64,000 nt of DNA from an uncultured bacterium (GCA_965371225.1 CBDUXP010000001.1:146111-210110), one strand, 5' to 3'. Shown: positions 1-9,848, counted from the stretch's first letter. The notes: generated by a model from the sequence alone, not told the origin. Made by a program: numbers and translations.

Positions 1-154
1 TAGGCACACGCTGGGGGTTGGTCCGCGGGCATCATCGACAGGACCACCGGACAGGGGTTCATATGGGGGCGTACGTAGGGGAATCGCGCGTCAGGCGACA
101 CGGAGGCATCGACGCGCACATGGACAGCAGTTTTGCAACAGGTGAGGTGTGCCC

Positions 155-1585
155 ATGTTTCTAAAAGAACACGGGCACCAGCTCATGCGGGCGGCACAGT
201 GGGGCGATTTCGCCCTGATGTGTGCCGCGTTCGTGTGCGCCTCCGCAGCCACCCAGGGGGTGCCCACCGCTTCGGTCTCCAGCATCGTGCACGTTCTGTT
301 GGCCAACGTCAGCTTGCTGGTCATCGGGGGGCTCGGCTTTCACGCGGCCGCCGTGCGCGAGCATCTGTACCGGTCCAGGCGCCTGGAGAGCCTCACCGGC
401 GAGTTCATCCCCCTCGTCCGCGTCACCGCGTTCAGTTTCGTCCTCTTCACGTTGACGGCGTACGTGCTGCACCGGGAACTGCTAACCGCCGATTTCCTCG
501 TGCTGTTTTACGTGGGCACAGTCGGTCTCATCGGCCTGCAGCGCCTGGCCATCCGCGCGGTGCTGCGCCAAGCGCGCCGCCGCGGCCGCAATTTCCGGCG
601 CGTGCTGATCGTGGGCACGAACGACCAGGCCCGGCACCTGTGCCGCACGTTCCGGGAGCACCCCGAGTTCGGTATTCGGGTCCTGGGATTTGCCGACGAC
701 CGGCAGCCCCCCCCCGCGAACGGCACCATGGACGACGCCCCCATCGTCACCCCGCTGGAGAGCATCGGCAACTACGTGCAGGCCCACGTGGTGGATGAGG
801 TATTCCTCACGCTGCCCGTCCGGTCGTACTTCGATGTGATCCAGCGCGTGATCCAGATCTGTGAGGAAGTAGGCATCACGTCCCACGTGAGCACCGACTT
901 CTACCGGACCGCCATTGCGGACCAGGTCCCCGGCCACGTGGGCGCCCTCCCATTTGTCACCTACACCACCGAACCGCACGCGCCATCCCAGCTCGCCCTG
1001 AAACGCCTGATCGACATCGCGATCGCCGCCACCGCGTTGGTCTGCTTCTCCCCCGTCATGCTGGTCTGCGCCTTCGCCGTCAAACTCAGCTCTCCGGGGT
1101 CGACCCTGTTCGGCCAGCGGCGCGTGGGCTATCACAGCCGACCGTTCACCATGTGGAAATTCCGGACCATGTCGCAGGACGCGGATGCGCGCAAAGGCGA
1201 ACTGACGGCCCTGAATGAAGCGGACGGGCCGGTCTTCAAGATCCGCAAGGACCCCCGCATCACGGCCGTCGGCCGGGTGCTGCGCCACTTCAGTCTCGAC
1301 GAACTTCCGCAATTGTGGAACGTGGTGCGGGGGGACATGAGCCTGGTCGGGCCGCGCCCCCTGCCCGCCGCGGAAGCCCAGGCGTGCAACGGGGCCCAGC
1401 GGCGGCGCCTGAGCATGAAACCCGGGCTCACGTGCACCTGGCAGGTGTCCGGCCGCAACGCGGTCCCCTTCGAGACCTGGGTGGAAATGGATTTGGCCTA
1501 TATCGACAACTGGTCGCTCACGCTGGACGCGCGCCTGATGCTGCGCACGATCCCCGCGGTGCTCACGGGACGGGGGGCGTTTTGA
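155..1585 (+). CDS. Polyprenyl-phosphate glycosyl-1-phosphate transferase (WbaP/EpsB-like bacterial sugar transferase), priming enzyme of polysaccharide synthesis
   Basis: 478-aa ORF with N-terminal TM segments and the C-terminal 'bacterial sugar transferase' signature (...PGLTCTWQVSGRNAVPFETWVEMDLAYIDNWSL...). RBS-like GGTGAGG sits 7 nt before ATG 155 (a GTG at 149 is an alternative start). First gene of a co-directional polysaccharide operon. Confidence 0.8.
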   Translation: MFLKEHGHQLMRAAQWGDFALMCAAFVCASAATQGVPTASVSSIVHVLLANVSLLVIGGLGFHAAAVREHLYRSRRLESLTGEFIPLVRVTAFSFVLFTLTAYVLHRELLTADFLVLFYVGTVGLIGLQRLAIRAVLRQARRRGRNFRRVLIVGTNDQARHLCRTFREHPEFGIRVLGFADDRQPPPANGTMDDAPIVTPLESIGNYVQAHVVDEVFLTLPVRSYFDVIQRVIQICEEVGITSHVSTDFYRTAIADQVPGHVGALPFVTYTTEPHAPSQLALKRLIDIAIAATALVCFSPVMLVCAFAVKLSSPGSTLFGQRRVGYHSRPFTMWKFRTMSQDADARKGELTALNEADGPVFKIRKDPRITAVGRVLRHFSLDELPQLWNVVRGDMSLVGPRPLPAAEAQACNGAQRRRLSMKPGLTCTWQVSGRNAVPFETWVEMDLAYIDNWSLTLDARLMLRTIPAVLTGRGAF

Positions 1586-1825
1586 CCCGGCCCGTCCCCG
1601 CGCTGCGGCCGGCGTGGCCAATTGTGGTCAGGCTACGGGACGTATATGCTAAGCACCCGAGCGTCGCGGACTTATGGAGACGGTCGCGCCGCTCGTGCCA
1701 CCCTCTGGGAGAGCGTGGGGCTTTGCGTTCGGGCCGGCGGTTACGACCGCCCCCGCGGGCGTTACAAGCTCGGAGTACAGAACGGGTTCCAATGGTTGTA
1801 CGGGAGGAACCGACCCCAGAGGCGT

Positions 1826-2641
1826 ATGCACAGCCGCACCGATTATCGGGCCGCCGCAGCCGAAACGGCTGCTAGCCCCCCCACCGCCACCCCCGCCGCC
1901 GCGGTTTCGGCCGGCCACGCGCCTGCCGTCCGCCGGGCGCTCGCCGTCCTGCTCGCCGGTGCGGCGTGCCTCAGCTGCGCCACCGGTTCGCGCGAGGTCG
2001 CGGACACATCCGCGGCAGCGGCGCCCGCCCTGGTGGCGGAGGCCCCTGCGCCGGCCGTGCACGAGCCGCTGCGGCTGGTACCGGGCGACGGCATCCAGGT
2101 CCGATTTTTCTACTACCCCGAGTTGAACGCGTCGGTGATCGTGCGCGAGGACGGGCGCGTGTCCCTGGATCTGGTGGACGACGTGCAAGTGGAGGGCCTC
2201 ACCCCGACGGAGCTGGACGCCGTGTTATCGCGTCGCTACGCGCCGCACTTGCGGTACCCCACCCTCACGGTGGTGGTGACGGAAGGACCGCGGCACGTGT
2301 ACGTGGGCGGCGAGGTGCGCCAACCGGGTGCGCTGACCCTGAACCGGCGCATGACCGTCGTCCAGGCCATCTACGCCGCGGGGAGCCTGAGCGACAAGGG
2401 GGATGCGCACCGCATCGTGCTGCTGCGCGAAGCCGGGCCGGGCTTGCGCACCTACCAGGTGATCGACCTGGACCTGGTCCTGCAGGCGAAGGCCGAGGAC
2501 TTGGCTCTGAAACCGTTTGACGTGGTGTTCGTGCCGAGAACGTCTATCGCGAATCTGAACCTGTGGGTCGAGCAATATATCGACAAGCTGCTGCCGTTCG
2601 GCCGGTCCGTCAGCTACAACTACACGGAGGTGTTGCGCTGA
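1826..2641 (+). CDS. Polysaccharide export protein (Wza-like; Poly_export + SLBB domains), probable lipoprotein
   Basis: C-terminal 270 aa of ORF 1622..2641 carry Poly_export/SLBB-like sequence (PGDGIQVRFFYYPELN..., ...FDVVFVPR...). Start placed at internal ATG 1826, which gives a lipoprotein-type signal (LLAGAACLSCATGS). Confidence 0.65.
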   Translation: MHSRTDYRAAAAETAASPPTATPAAAVSAGHAPAVRRALAVLLAGAACLSCATGSREVADTSAAAAPALVAEAPAPAVHEPLRLVPGDGIQVRFFYYPELNASVIVREDGRVSLDLVDDVQVEGLTPTELDAVLSRRYAPHLRYPTLTVVVTEGPRHVYVGGEVRQPGALTLNRRMTVVQAIYAAGSLSDKGDAHRIVLLREAGPGLRTYQVIDLDLVLQAKAEDLALKPFDVVFVPRTSIANLNLWVEQYIDKLLPFGRSVSYNYTEVLR

Positions 2642-3291
2642 TGTCCCGGGCGCCGGCATTCCTCCAGTCGCCCGACCCGGGTCTCGTGGCAGACCTGGTG
2701 CGCTTTGCCGCCATGGCGTGGCCGCGCGTGCATGCCCAGGATGTCCGCAGCATCGCCCTGCTGAGCAGCGTCTCGGGCGAAGGCACGACCACGATTGCGT
2801 GTCTGCTCGGCCAAGTCCTGGCCGCCCACCAGGGACTCCGCGTGCTGCTGCTGGATGGCAACACGCGGCATCCCACCCTCGCCGGGGTGGCCGACGTGGA
2901 TGACAGCCGCGGCTGGCGCGAGGCGGCGACCGACGTCCAGACCGTATGCGCGCCCACCCGCTGGCCGAACGTGGTCGTCAGTCCGCTGGGACCGGCGCCG
3001 CCGGCCGGCGCGCCCACCGACCCGGCAGCGCTCCAAGGGTTGCTGGACCGGTGCGTGGACAAGTTCGATGTGACCCTGCTCGACTGCGCGCCCCTGGAGT
3101 TCATGGGCGACGCGTTGCAGATCGCGCGCCTCGCGGATGCCGCCATCCTGGTGGTGGAAGCCGAACGGTTGAACCGGGCGGCCCTCGCTCACAGTTGTGC
3201 CACGCTCGAGAGTCTCGACCTGCATTTCCTGGGCGTCCTCTTGAACCGCCACCGGCATCCCGTGCCGGGGTTTCTGTACCGCCGTGCGTAA
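2641..3291 (+). CDS. BY-kinase-like P-loop ATPase (CpsD/CapB/Wzc C-terminal domain-like) with degenerate Walker A
   Basis: ParA/MinD-like fold of polysaccharide tyrosine kinases. Walker A-like SGEGTTT (canonical GxxGKS/T; lysine absent), A'-like LLLDGNTRHP, B-like LLDCAPL. ATG overlaps the upstream stop (cTGATGt). The C-terminal tail has a single Tyr. Confidence 0.55.
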   Translation: MSRAPAFLQSPDPGLVADLVRFAAMAWPRVHAQDVRSIALLSSVSGEGTTTIACLLGQVLAAHQGLRVLLLDGNTRHPTLAGVADVDDSRGWREAATDVQTVCAPTRWPNVVVSPLGPAPPAGAPTDPAALQGLLDRCVDKFDVTLLDCAPLEFMGDALQIARLADAAILVVEAERLNRAALAHSCATLESLDLHFLGVLLNRHRHPVPGFLYRRA

Positions 3292-3321
3292 CGCGGCCGC
3301 GCACGGGTGGGGCAACCGGTA

Positions 3322-4839
3322 ATGGCGCAGATCCTCGCGGGATACGACGTCTCCGCCCGGGACCCCAGCCTGAGCTTGCGTGACCTGCTCACGGTCGCGT
3401 TCCGCCGGAAGCGCATCGCGATCGCCGCAGTCGTACTGACCACCGCGTTCACCGGGGGAGGGTCGTATCTCAAGGACCCCACCTATCGCGCGAAGGCACA
3501 GGTGTACGTGCAGCGCGAACGGCCGGCCACCGTGGACCTGGACGACGACCGGCGCGGCCGGCCCGTGCTCAGTCGCACCGACGTGATTAACTCCGAGGTC
3601 AACCTGATTCTCTCGCGCGGCGTAATCGAGCGCGCCGTGGACAACCTGCAACTCTGGACGCGGACGACCGAGCCGAGCCTGTTCCAGACCATCTGCCAGC
3701 CGTTCAAGGATCTCCTGGTGGGCATCGGCATGTGGACGCGGGTGGAGCCGCGCGAAGGCAAGATCCTGCGGCTCCAGCAGCAGTTGCGCGTGCGGGGCGA
3801 ACCGGACGCCGACATCATTTCGGTGTCCCACGCGAGTAGCAACCCCAAGCTGAGCGCCGACATCGTCAACGCCGTGGTGGATGCGTACCTGCGCAAACGG
3901 CAGGACGGGTACGTCACGAGCGAGCGGCACCAGTTCTTCCTCGCACAGCTCGACCGAGCCGAGACGGAGTTGGACACGCTTGCGGAGGACCGCTCCGCCA
4001 TCAAAACCGAGTGGAACATCGTCGAGATCGATCAGGAGAAGCGGCTCATTCTGGATGCGCTCACCCTGACGGAAAACCGGTTGCAGGAATCCCTGGGTGA
4101 CGCGCGCGAGGCGGAGTTCACGCTGGTGCAGCTCAAGACCGAAATTGGTGCGCTGCCCGAGCGGGTGCTGGAAGCGACGGAGACCGAACGCAGCGAGCTG
4201 CACGACGAACTCACGACCATGGCCGCGCGGTTGGAAGCCCAGCAGGCGGAACAGCTCGTGAAGTGGCCGCCGGCCGATCCCCGCGTGCTCGAAGTCACCC
4301 GCGCGCTCGAGGCCATCCAGGCCCGCCTCGCCGACGTCCCGCCCGTCACCCCCAGCGTGGAACGCCACACGCTGAACACGCTGCGCATGCGCCTGCTGGA
4401 ACGCGAGAAGATGGTGGCGGCCAGTCTGGCCGGCCTCCGCGGCAAACTCGGCGAGTTCAAACAGCAGCGGGACCGCCAACTGGAGCGGCTGCTCATGCTC
4501 GACGCGCGGGCGGAGGATCTCGAGAAGTTGGATGAGCGCATCGGCACGAGCCGCGCCCGGCGTGACCTGTTCCTGGCGCGCGCCGAAGAGGCCCGGGTCC
4601 AGACCGAGAGTGGCCCGAACTTCGCCAACGTCTGGGTGATCAATCGCGCCAGCGTGCCCCAGCGGCCGACCCAGATGCGGCTCATCGTCCTGGCGATCGG
4701 CTTGGGCCTGGGCCTCGCGTTGGCGGGCATCCTGGTCGCTATCGCGGAATACTTCGATCACACGATTCACAACCGCGACGACGTGCACCGCCATCTGGGG
4801 GTCCCGGTCGTGGCCGCCGTGCCGTACCGCCGCGGGTAG
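3322..4839 (+). CDS. Polysaccharide co-polymerase / chain-length determinant (Wzz/GumC-like, PCP family)
   Basis: N-terminal TM (IAIAAVVLTTAF), long coiled-coil periplasmic region, C-terminal TM (LIVLAIGLGLGLALAGILVAIAEYF). Start at ATG 3322 (a GTG at 3307 is possible). Confidence 0.65.
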   Translation: MAQILAGYDVSARDPSLSLRDLLTVAFRRKRIAIAAVVLTTAFTGGGSYLKDPTYRAKAQVYVQRERPATVDLDDDRRGRPVLSRTDVINSEVNLILSRGVIERAVDNLQLWTRTTEPSLFQTICQPFKDLLVGIGMWTRVEPREGKILRLQQQLRVRGEPDADIISVSHASSNPKLSADIVNAVVDAYLRKRQDGYVTSERHQFFLAQLDRAETELDTLAEDRSAIKTEWNIVEIDQEKRLILDALTLTENRLQESLGDAREAEFTLVQLKTEIGALPERVLEATETERSELHDELTTMAARLEAQQAEQLVKWPPADPRVLEVTRALEAIQARLADVPPVTPSVERHTLNTLRMRLLEREKMVAASLAGLRGKLGEFKQQRDRQLERLLMLDARAEDLEKLDERIGTSRARRDLFLARAEEARVQTESGPNFANVWVINRASVPQRPTQMRLIVLAIGLGLGLALAGILVAIAEYFDHTIHNRDDVHRHLGVPVVAAVPYRRG

Positions 4840-4857
4840 AATGGGCTAGGGGGGACG

Positions 4858-5958
4858 ATGGTCGAGCTGGTCGAGACGTGGGACGGGATCGTCGCGCTCG
4901 CGCCGGAGTGGCAAGCGCTGGATGCGCGCGCCGGCCACCCGCTGCTTTGCCAGAGTGCGGACTGGGTCCTGCCCTGGTTCAAGGCGTTTGCCGCCCCGGG
5001 CCGCGCGCGCGTCGCCGTGCTTCGCGAGCGCGGGCGCCTGCGCGCGCTCGCGCCGTTCACCGTCACCACGACCATGCTGGGTCCCCTCCCGGTGCGGGCC
5101 TTGGCGCTCGTGCGCAACGCGCACAGCACGCGCAGCGGCATCCTGTGCGCGCAAGACGATCCCATGGCCGCGGCGGTCCTGGTCGCGGGCCTGCTCGACC
5201 GGCACCCGGCCTGGTCCCTCATCGAACTGCGCGACCTGAGCGCGGATTCGCCCACCGTTCCGGTCCTCCGACGCGCGCTACGCGAGCGCGGGGCAGCGAC
5301 GGAGTGGTTGACGCCTGCACTGCGCACGCCCATCGTGCCGCGCGCGGGAACCTGGGAGGCGTACCTGGACAGCCGCTCGCACAACTTCCGCCGCAGTCTC
5401 AATCGGGGCTGGGCGAAGCTGGAGCGGCGGGGCCGGGGCGACGTGGTCTGCTGTCGGACGCCGGACGAGGTGCGCGCCGGCGTGCGCGCCCTCGCCACTA
5501 TCGAGGCGGCAAGTTGGAAGGGCGCGGCGGGGACCGCGCTCGGCACGGACGAACGGGCGCGCGCGTTCTACACGGATGTGGCCACGCGCTTCGCCGCGCG
5601 CGGGGCAGCCGACCTCAGCGTGCTACGCATCGACGGCGCCCCCATCGCCGCATGCCTCGCGCTCCGCCACGGCCGCGTGATGTACGGCCTCAAAGTGAGC
5701 TACGACCCGGCATACGCGGAGGGGTCGCCGGGCCTGGCCTTGGCCCTCGCCATGCTCGAGCGCCAGTGGTCCGGGGACATCGACCGGTTCGACCTCATGC
5801 AGACGTCCACGTTTCCCACGGACCGGTTGACGGACCGCTACGACGAGCGCGTGCTGCTGCGCGTGTTTATGGGGCGGGGGTACGGCCGCGTGCTGGGGGC
5901 CGTGAAGCGCGGGTACGGGCGGCTGCGCGGAACCGCCGCGACCGTGGGGGCCGAGTGA
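4858..5958 (+). CDS. CelD/BioF2-like GNAT acetyltransferase (FemAB-like, Acetyltransf_6 type), polysaccharide-locus associated
   Basis: 366 aa. C-terminal ...EAASWKGAAGTALG...VLRIDGAPIAACLALRHGRVMYGLKVSYDPAYAEGSPGLAL... is typical of CelD-like GNATs. ATG preceded by AGGGGGGA. Confidence 0.6.
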   Translation: MVELVETWDGIVALAPEWQALDARAGHPLLCQSADWVLPWFKAFAAPGRARVAVLRERGRLRALAPFTVTTTMLGPLPVRALALVRNAHSTRSGILCAQDDPMAAAVLVAGLLDRHPAWSLIELRDLSADSPTVPVLRRALRERGAATEWLTPALRTPIVPRAGTWEAYLDSRSHNFRRSLNRGWAKLERRGRGDVVCCRTPDEVRAGVRALATIEAASWKGAAGTALGTDERARAFYTDVATRFAARGAADLSVLRIDGAPIAACLALRHGRVMYGLKVSYDPAYAEGSPGLALALAMLERQWSGDIDRFDLMQTSTFPTDRLTDRYDERVLLRVFMGRGYGRVLGAVKRGYGRLRGTAATVGAE

Positions 5959-5966
5959 GGGGGCCC

Positions 5967-7121
5967 GTGCAGGCCGTGGCCGCGGATGTGCGGACGGAGT
6001 GCATTCACGATGCCGCCCGCCTGGCAGAGATCCGGCGCGAGTGGCTGGCGCTGCTGGAGCGCTTGGCCTCCGACAACCCGTTCGTGCGGCCCGAGTGGGT
6101 CCTGTCATGGTGGGATACGTTCGGCCCGGAACACCGGATGGCTACCGTGGCGGTCTGGGAGGACGACACGCTGATCGGCCTCGCCCTGCTCATGACCGCG
6201 CCGGCCAGGCACGCCCGCTTGCCAGCCACGGTGTTGCAGTTCATCGGCACGCCGTTAGCGGACCGCATGGACCTGCTGATCGAACCGGGCCGCGCGGCGG
6301 AGGTAGCCGCGTGCATCCTGGACGCCGTACAGACGGCGCGGGTGAAGTGGGACGTGCTCAGCCTCCGGGAAGTGCCCGGCAACAGCCCCACCCTGCCCGC
6401 GGTGCGCGCGCACGCGGACGCGCGCGGGTGGAACCGGGACGAACGACCGTGCGCGTGTGCGCCCGTGCTCCCGCTTGCACGGCCGTACGCGGCCCTGCAC
6501 GCCGGACTCAGCCGGAATTTGAAACGCCAACTCACGAAGGCGCACACGCGCCTCCGCCAGCGCGGCGCCCCCGCCTTCACCCGGCGCCTCCTCCTGCCCG
6601 AGGACGTGGGACCCGCGCTGGACACGATCGTTCCCATCGAGCAGGCCAGTTGGAAGGGCGGCGCCGGCGTGGGGATTTTCAAGAACGCCACACAGTGCGC
6701 CTTCTACCGCGCTGCGCTGCACGCGATGGCCGCCGCGGGGCTGGTGGACCTGGCGCTCCTCGCCGTGGATGGCACGGTGGTGAGTTACCAACTCAGTTTC
6801 CGCGTGCGCGGCCGGTGTTTGCTCTACAACAAAGCCTTCCTCCCCGCCTGGGCGAACGCATCACCGGGCATCCTCCTGTTGGACGAACTCGTGCGCGATT
6901 CGGTGGACCGGCGGGATGTGCACGTGTTGGACGCGTCCCGAAGCATGCGCGTGAAACCGGATTCGCTCGCCGGTTGGGCGAGCGAAGCGTACACGCACTT
7001 CGAACTCACGCTCTATCCGCCGCGGTGGTATCCCCGCGGTCTGCACCTGCTCCACGCATCCCTGGCGCCCCGGTGGCGCGCATGGCGCGCGGGCGTCCCC
7101 CACGCGGAGGTCCCGGCATGA
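5967..7121 (+). CDS. CelD/BioF2-like GNAT acetyltransferase (second paralog)
   Basis: This is the 3' portion of six-frame ORF 4878..7121 (the upstream part overlaps gene 4858..5958 out of frame and is rejected). Same family signature (...EQASWKGGAGVGIF...ALLAVDGTVVSYQLSFRVRGRCLLYNKAFLPAWANASPGILLL...). GTG 5967 sits 6 nt after GAGGGGG; an in-frame start nearby is possible. Confidence 0.55.
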   Translation: MQAVAADVRTECIHDAARLAEIRREWLALLERLASDNPFVRPEWVLSWWDTFGPEHRMATVAVWEDDTLIGLALLMTAPARHARLPATVLQFIGTPLADRMDLLIEPGRAAEVAACILDAVQTARVKWDVLSLREVPGNSPTLPAVRAHADARGWNRDERPCACAPVLPLARPYAALHAGLSRNLKRQLTKAHTRLRQRGAPAFTRRLLLPEDVGPALDTIVPIEQASWKGGAGVGIFKNATQCAFYRAALHAMAAAGLVDLALLAVDGTVVSYQLSFRVRGRCLLYNKAFLPAWANASPGILLLDELVRDSVDRRDVHVLDASRSMRVKPDSLAGWASEAYTHFELTLYPPRWYPRGLHLLHASLAPRWRAWRAGVPHAEVPA

Positions 7122-8359
7122 GCCCGCGCCCCGTGTGGGCCTTGCGGCGACTGCTCGATGCGGCGCCGGCAATTCCCGCACTCATCTTCCACAGCGTGGG
7201 GCGCGACAATGGGCACCCGCTGTGGCGACACCTCACCCTGCCCGTCGACGTGTTTGAGGCGCAGTTGGCGTGGTTGCAGCGCAAAGGGTTCCGGTCCGTG
7301 TCGCTGCACGACCTGCGCGCGCACCTGAAGGGGCAGATCGTGCTGCCCGATCGCTCGATCGTGCTGACGTTCGACGACGGATTTCTCGATTCGTGGGTGT
7401 ACGCGAGCCCCCTGCTGGAGCGCTACGGTTTCCAGGCGACGGTGTTCCTCTGTCCCGCGTTCGTGCAGGCGGGCACCGGCACCCGGCCCCGCGCCGGCCG
7501 CGGCCCGCACGGCAGCACGGACCCGGCGGAGTGGTGGGGCTACCTCCGCTGGGATGAAGTGCGCGCTATGCAGGCCTCGGGCACGTTCGATCTCCAAGCC
7601 CACGGCTCAACGCATCGGCGGCATTTCACGGGACCGCGCATCGTCGATTACCTGCGCCCAGGCACGCCGCACTTTTGGCATCGGTGGAACACCGCGCCCG
7701 AGCGGCAGCCCTACTCGCTGTCCGACCCGCTCGTGACCGACGCCGAGTACGGCGAACCGATCTACGAGCACGGGCAAGCGCTGCTCGGGCCGCGCTATCA
7801 GCCCGACCCCGCCGTGGCAGAGATGGCGAAGGCGCTGGTCCAAGCCGAGGGCGGGGCCGCGTTCTTCGCGCGACCGGATTGGCGGACGACGTTGGATGAG
7901 GCGGTCGAGGGGATGCGCCGGGCGCGCGGCGAACGGGGAAGCCGCGAGTCGTGCGCCGCGTACCGGGACCGCGTGCGCCGCGAGTTGATCGATTGCCGGA
8001 CCCTGTTGCGCCGGGAACTCGGCAAGCCCGTGGACTTCTTGTGCTGGCCGGCGAACCAGGATTCTCACGAAGCGCACGCGTTGGCCTTGGACGCGGGTTT
8101 CGTCGCCACCACGTGCCTCCACCGCGCGAACGTGGCGGGGGCCGACCCCACGCGGATCGGCCGCACGTACTTCGGGCAGGATGAACAGTTGTGCCGCGTG
8201 GGGCGCCCGTGGCTTGCGGGGCTGCGCTTCCAGGGCACCGTGCAGTTGGCGAGCGGCCACCGGGCTGGGTACCCGAAGCTCTTCCTGGCGAACCGGCTTC
8301 TGGCATGGTACGACCGGCCGGCGCAACAGCCCGTCGACCGGGACGGCGCCCATGCCTGA
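7118..8359 (+). CDS. Polysaccharide deacetylase (NodB homology domain, carbohydrate esterase family 4-like)
   Basis: NodB motifs LTFDDGFLDS and HGSTHRRH. ATG 7118 overlaps the upstream stop (ATGA). Only the 3' part of six-frame ORF 5999..8359 is genic. Confidence 0.75.
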   Translation: MSPRPVWALRRLLDAAPAIPALIFHSVGRDNGHPLWRHLTLPVDVFEAQLAWLQRKGFRSVSLHDLRAHLKGQIVLPDRSIVLTFDDGFLDSWVYASPLLERYGFQATVFLCPAFVQAGTGTRPRAGRGPHGSTDPAEWWGYLRWDEVRAMQASGTFDLQAHGSTHRRHFTGPRIVDYLRPGTPHFWHRWNTAPERQPYSLSDPLVTDAEYGEPIYEHGQALLGPRYQPDPAVAEMAKALVQAEGGAAFFARPDWRTTLDEAVEGMRRARGERGSRESCAAYRDRVRRELIDCRTLLRRELGKPVDFLCWPANQDSHEAHALALDAGFVATTCLHRANVAGADPTRIGRTYFGQDEQLCRVGRPWLAGLRFQGTVQLASGHRAGYPKLFLANRLLAWYDRPAQQPVDRDGAHA

Positions 8360-9842
8360 ACTCGCCGCGCAGTGGAACGCGCCCGCGGACCGGAGACTGC
8401 CCGATCCGCTCGTCTATGCCGCCATCACAGCGCTCGCTGTCGCGGTCGCCGCGGGCACCCTGCTGGAGTTGTGGGTCCAGACCCTCCTCGTGCTGGTGGG
8501 AATCAGCTTCCTGCTCGCCGTCCTCATACGACCTCTGGTCGGCCTGCTGGCTTGGCTCGTGACGGCACCCGTTCTGAACTACTACGTGCACGTGCGCCTT
8601 CCCGTCGGGGTGCCGGACATTACGTTCCAGCGGTTGGTGATCGGCCTGCTGCTGCTGGTGGTGCTGGCGCCGGTGATCCTCGGCCGCAAACCGTTTCCCC
8701 GCATCGGCGCTACGGAGAAGGCGATGCTGGTGTTTTCCGTGCTGGGGTTCATCTCGTGTTTCTTCGGCGCCCCCCCCGTGCACAGAAATGTGGAGCTGTT
8801 TCTGCGCGCGTATTGCATGCCGTTTCTTATCTTCTTCACCACGACCCACCTGGTGCGAAGCGATCGGGACCTCCGACTCGCCCTCTGGCTGATCGTCCCC
8901 CAAGCCGTGTACCTGGCCCTCCTCGGCATCTACCAGCGGTTCACGGGCACGCTGCTCCTCGTGCCTGCCTCGGCCGAGTTGCAGTCCACATACCTCTTAC
9001 TCGTGGGCCGCGCGACGGGCCCGTTCGCGAACTCGGTCGAGTTCGGGATCGTTGTGGCCATCGGCTTGGTGGTCATGATCGTGCTGCTCGCGCACCGGCG
9101 GCATGACGCGCACGCCGTGCTGTTGTGGGCCGTCATCCCCATTGCCGCCCTGGGCATCTTCTACAGTTATACGCGCGCCGTGTGGCTCGGGCTCGCCCTC
9201 GCCCTCGCCGGGCTGTACTTCTGGGTGCCCCGGATGCGGCGCATGCTGGGGGTCGGGACACTCCTTGGCGGGCTCGGGGCGCTCGTCAGCGTGCCCCTGT
9301 TCCTGGCCGACCCCCTGTTTCTTAGCCGCCTGTCCGCGACCAACCCGATCACGGGCCGCCTCCTCATGTATCCCACGGTCGTCCGCATGGCCATGGCTAA
9401 ACCGCTCTTCGGGTACGGGTTTGCCCCCACGACGTTCTCGCAGGCGCGCGGCGAATTTTTCGACACCTTTGCGGGGATCGGGATCAGCACGGCCCGGGCG
9501 TTGAATCCTCCGCACAATGAAATGTTGCACGTGCTCGTGCTCACGGGTTTTGTGGGGCTGGCCGCGTACGTGGCCGTTTATGTGGGCGTCTGGCGAGACG
9601 GCCGGCGCCTGGCCGCGCTGACGGAGCCGTCGGATGCCTTCGGGCGTGGCTTCCTGGGCATCTACCGGGCCGTCTTCGTCATCGTCGCCGTCAATATGCT
9701 GTTCATCGACCTGGTGTTCCTCACGTACCTGACCGGGTTCGTGTTCTTCTTCTTCGGGCTCATGCAGGCGCGGCTGCGAATGCGGCAAGCGGCCCAGCTC
9801 GCACCGGGCGCGCGCGGGGACGCGGGGGCCGCGGACGGGTAG
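8352..9842 (+). CDS. O-antigen ligase/polymerase-like membrane protein (Wzy_C domain)
   Basis: About 12 TM helices plus a large loop (…YSYTRAVWLGLALALAGLYFW…), typical of the Wzy/WaaL family. ATG 8352 overlaps the upstream gene by 8 nt. Confidence 0.6.
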   Translation: MPELAAQWNAPADRRLPDPLVYAAITALAVAVAAGTLLELWVQTLLVLVGISFLLAVLIRPLVGLLAWLVTAPVLNYYVHVRLPVGVPDITFQRLVIGLLLLVVLAPVILGRKPFPRIGATEKAMLVFSVLGFISCFFGAPPVHRNVELFLRAYCMPFLIFFTTTHLVRSDRDLRLALWLIVPQAVYLALLGIYQRFTGTLLLVPASAELQSTYLLLVGRATGPFANSVEFGIVVAIGLVVMIVLLAHRRHDAHAVLLWAVIPIAALGIFYSYTRAVWLGLALALAGLYFWVPRMRRMLGVGTLLGGLGALVSVPLFLADPLFLSRLSATNPITGRLLMYPTVVRMAMAKPLFGYGFAPTTFSQARGEFFDTFAGIGISTARALNPPHNEMLHVLVLTGFVGLAAYVAVYVGVWRDGRRLAALTEPSDAFGRGFLGIYRAVFVIVAVNMLFIDLVFLTYLTGFVFFFFGLMQARLRMRQAAQLAPGARGDAGAADG

Positions 9843-9848
9843 GCGCCG

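Noticed and set aside
1-148. Search for JUMPstart/ops (GGCGGTAG) antitermination element upstream of the polysaccharide operon
   Set aside because: Motif not present in the 148 nt available upstream of the first gene. The window may start too close to the operon.
2620-4794. 724-aa minus-strand ORF antisense to the kinase-like and PCP genes
   Set aside because: Arg/Gly/Ala-rich low-complexity translation with no family resemblance. It lies antisense to genes with clear signatures and is typical of spurious long ORFs in ~70% GC DNA. The same reasoning applies to 8997..10925(-), 11263..13548(-), 25791..27485(-), 29466..31247(-), 52002..54422(+), 59249..60652(-) and 60673..62199(-).
4878-5966. 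5' part of the 747-aa plus-strand ORF 4878..7121
   Set aside because: It overlaps the well-supported CelD-like gene 4858..5958 in another frame and translates to Arg/Pro/Gly-rich low-complexity sequence. Only the portion from GTG 5967 onward shows CelD-like sequence.
5999-7117. 5' part of the 786-aa ORF 5999..8359
   Set aside because: It overlaps the second CelD-like gene in another frame. NodB deacetylase sequence begins at ATG 7118.
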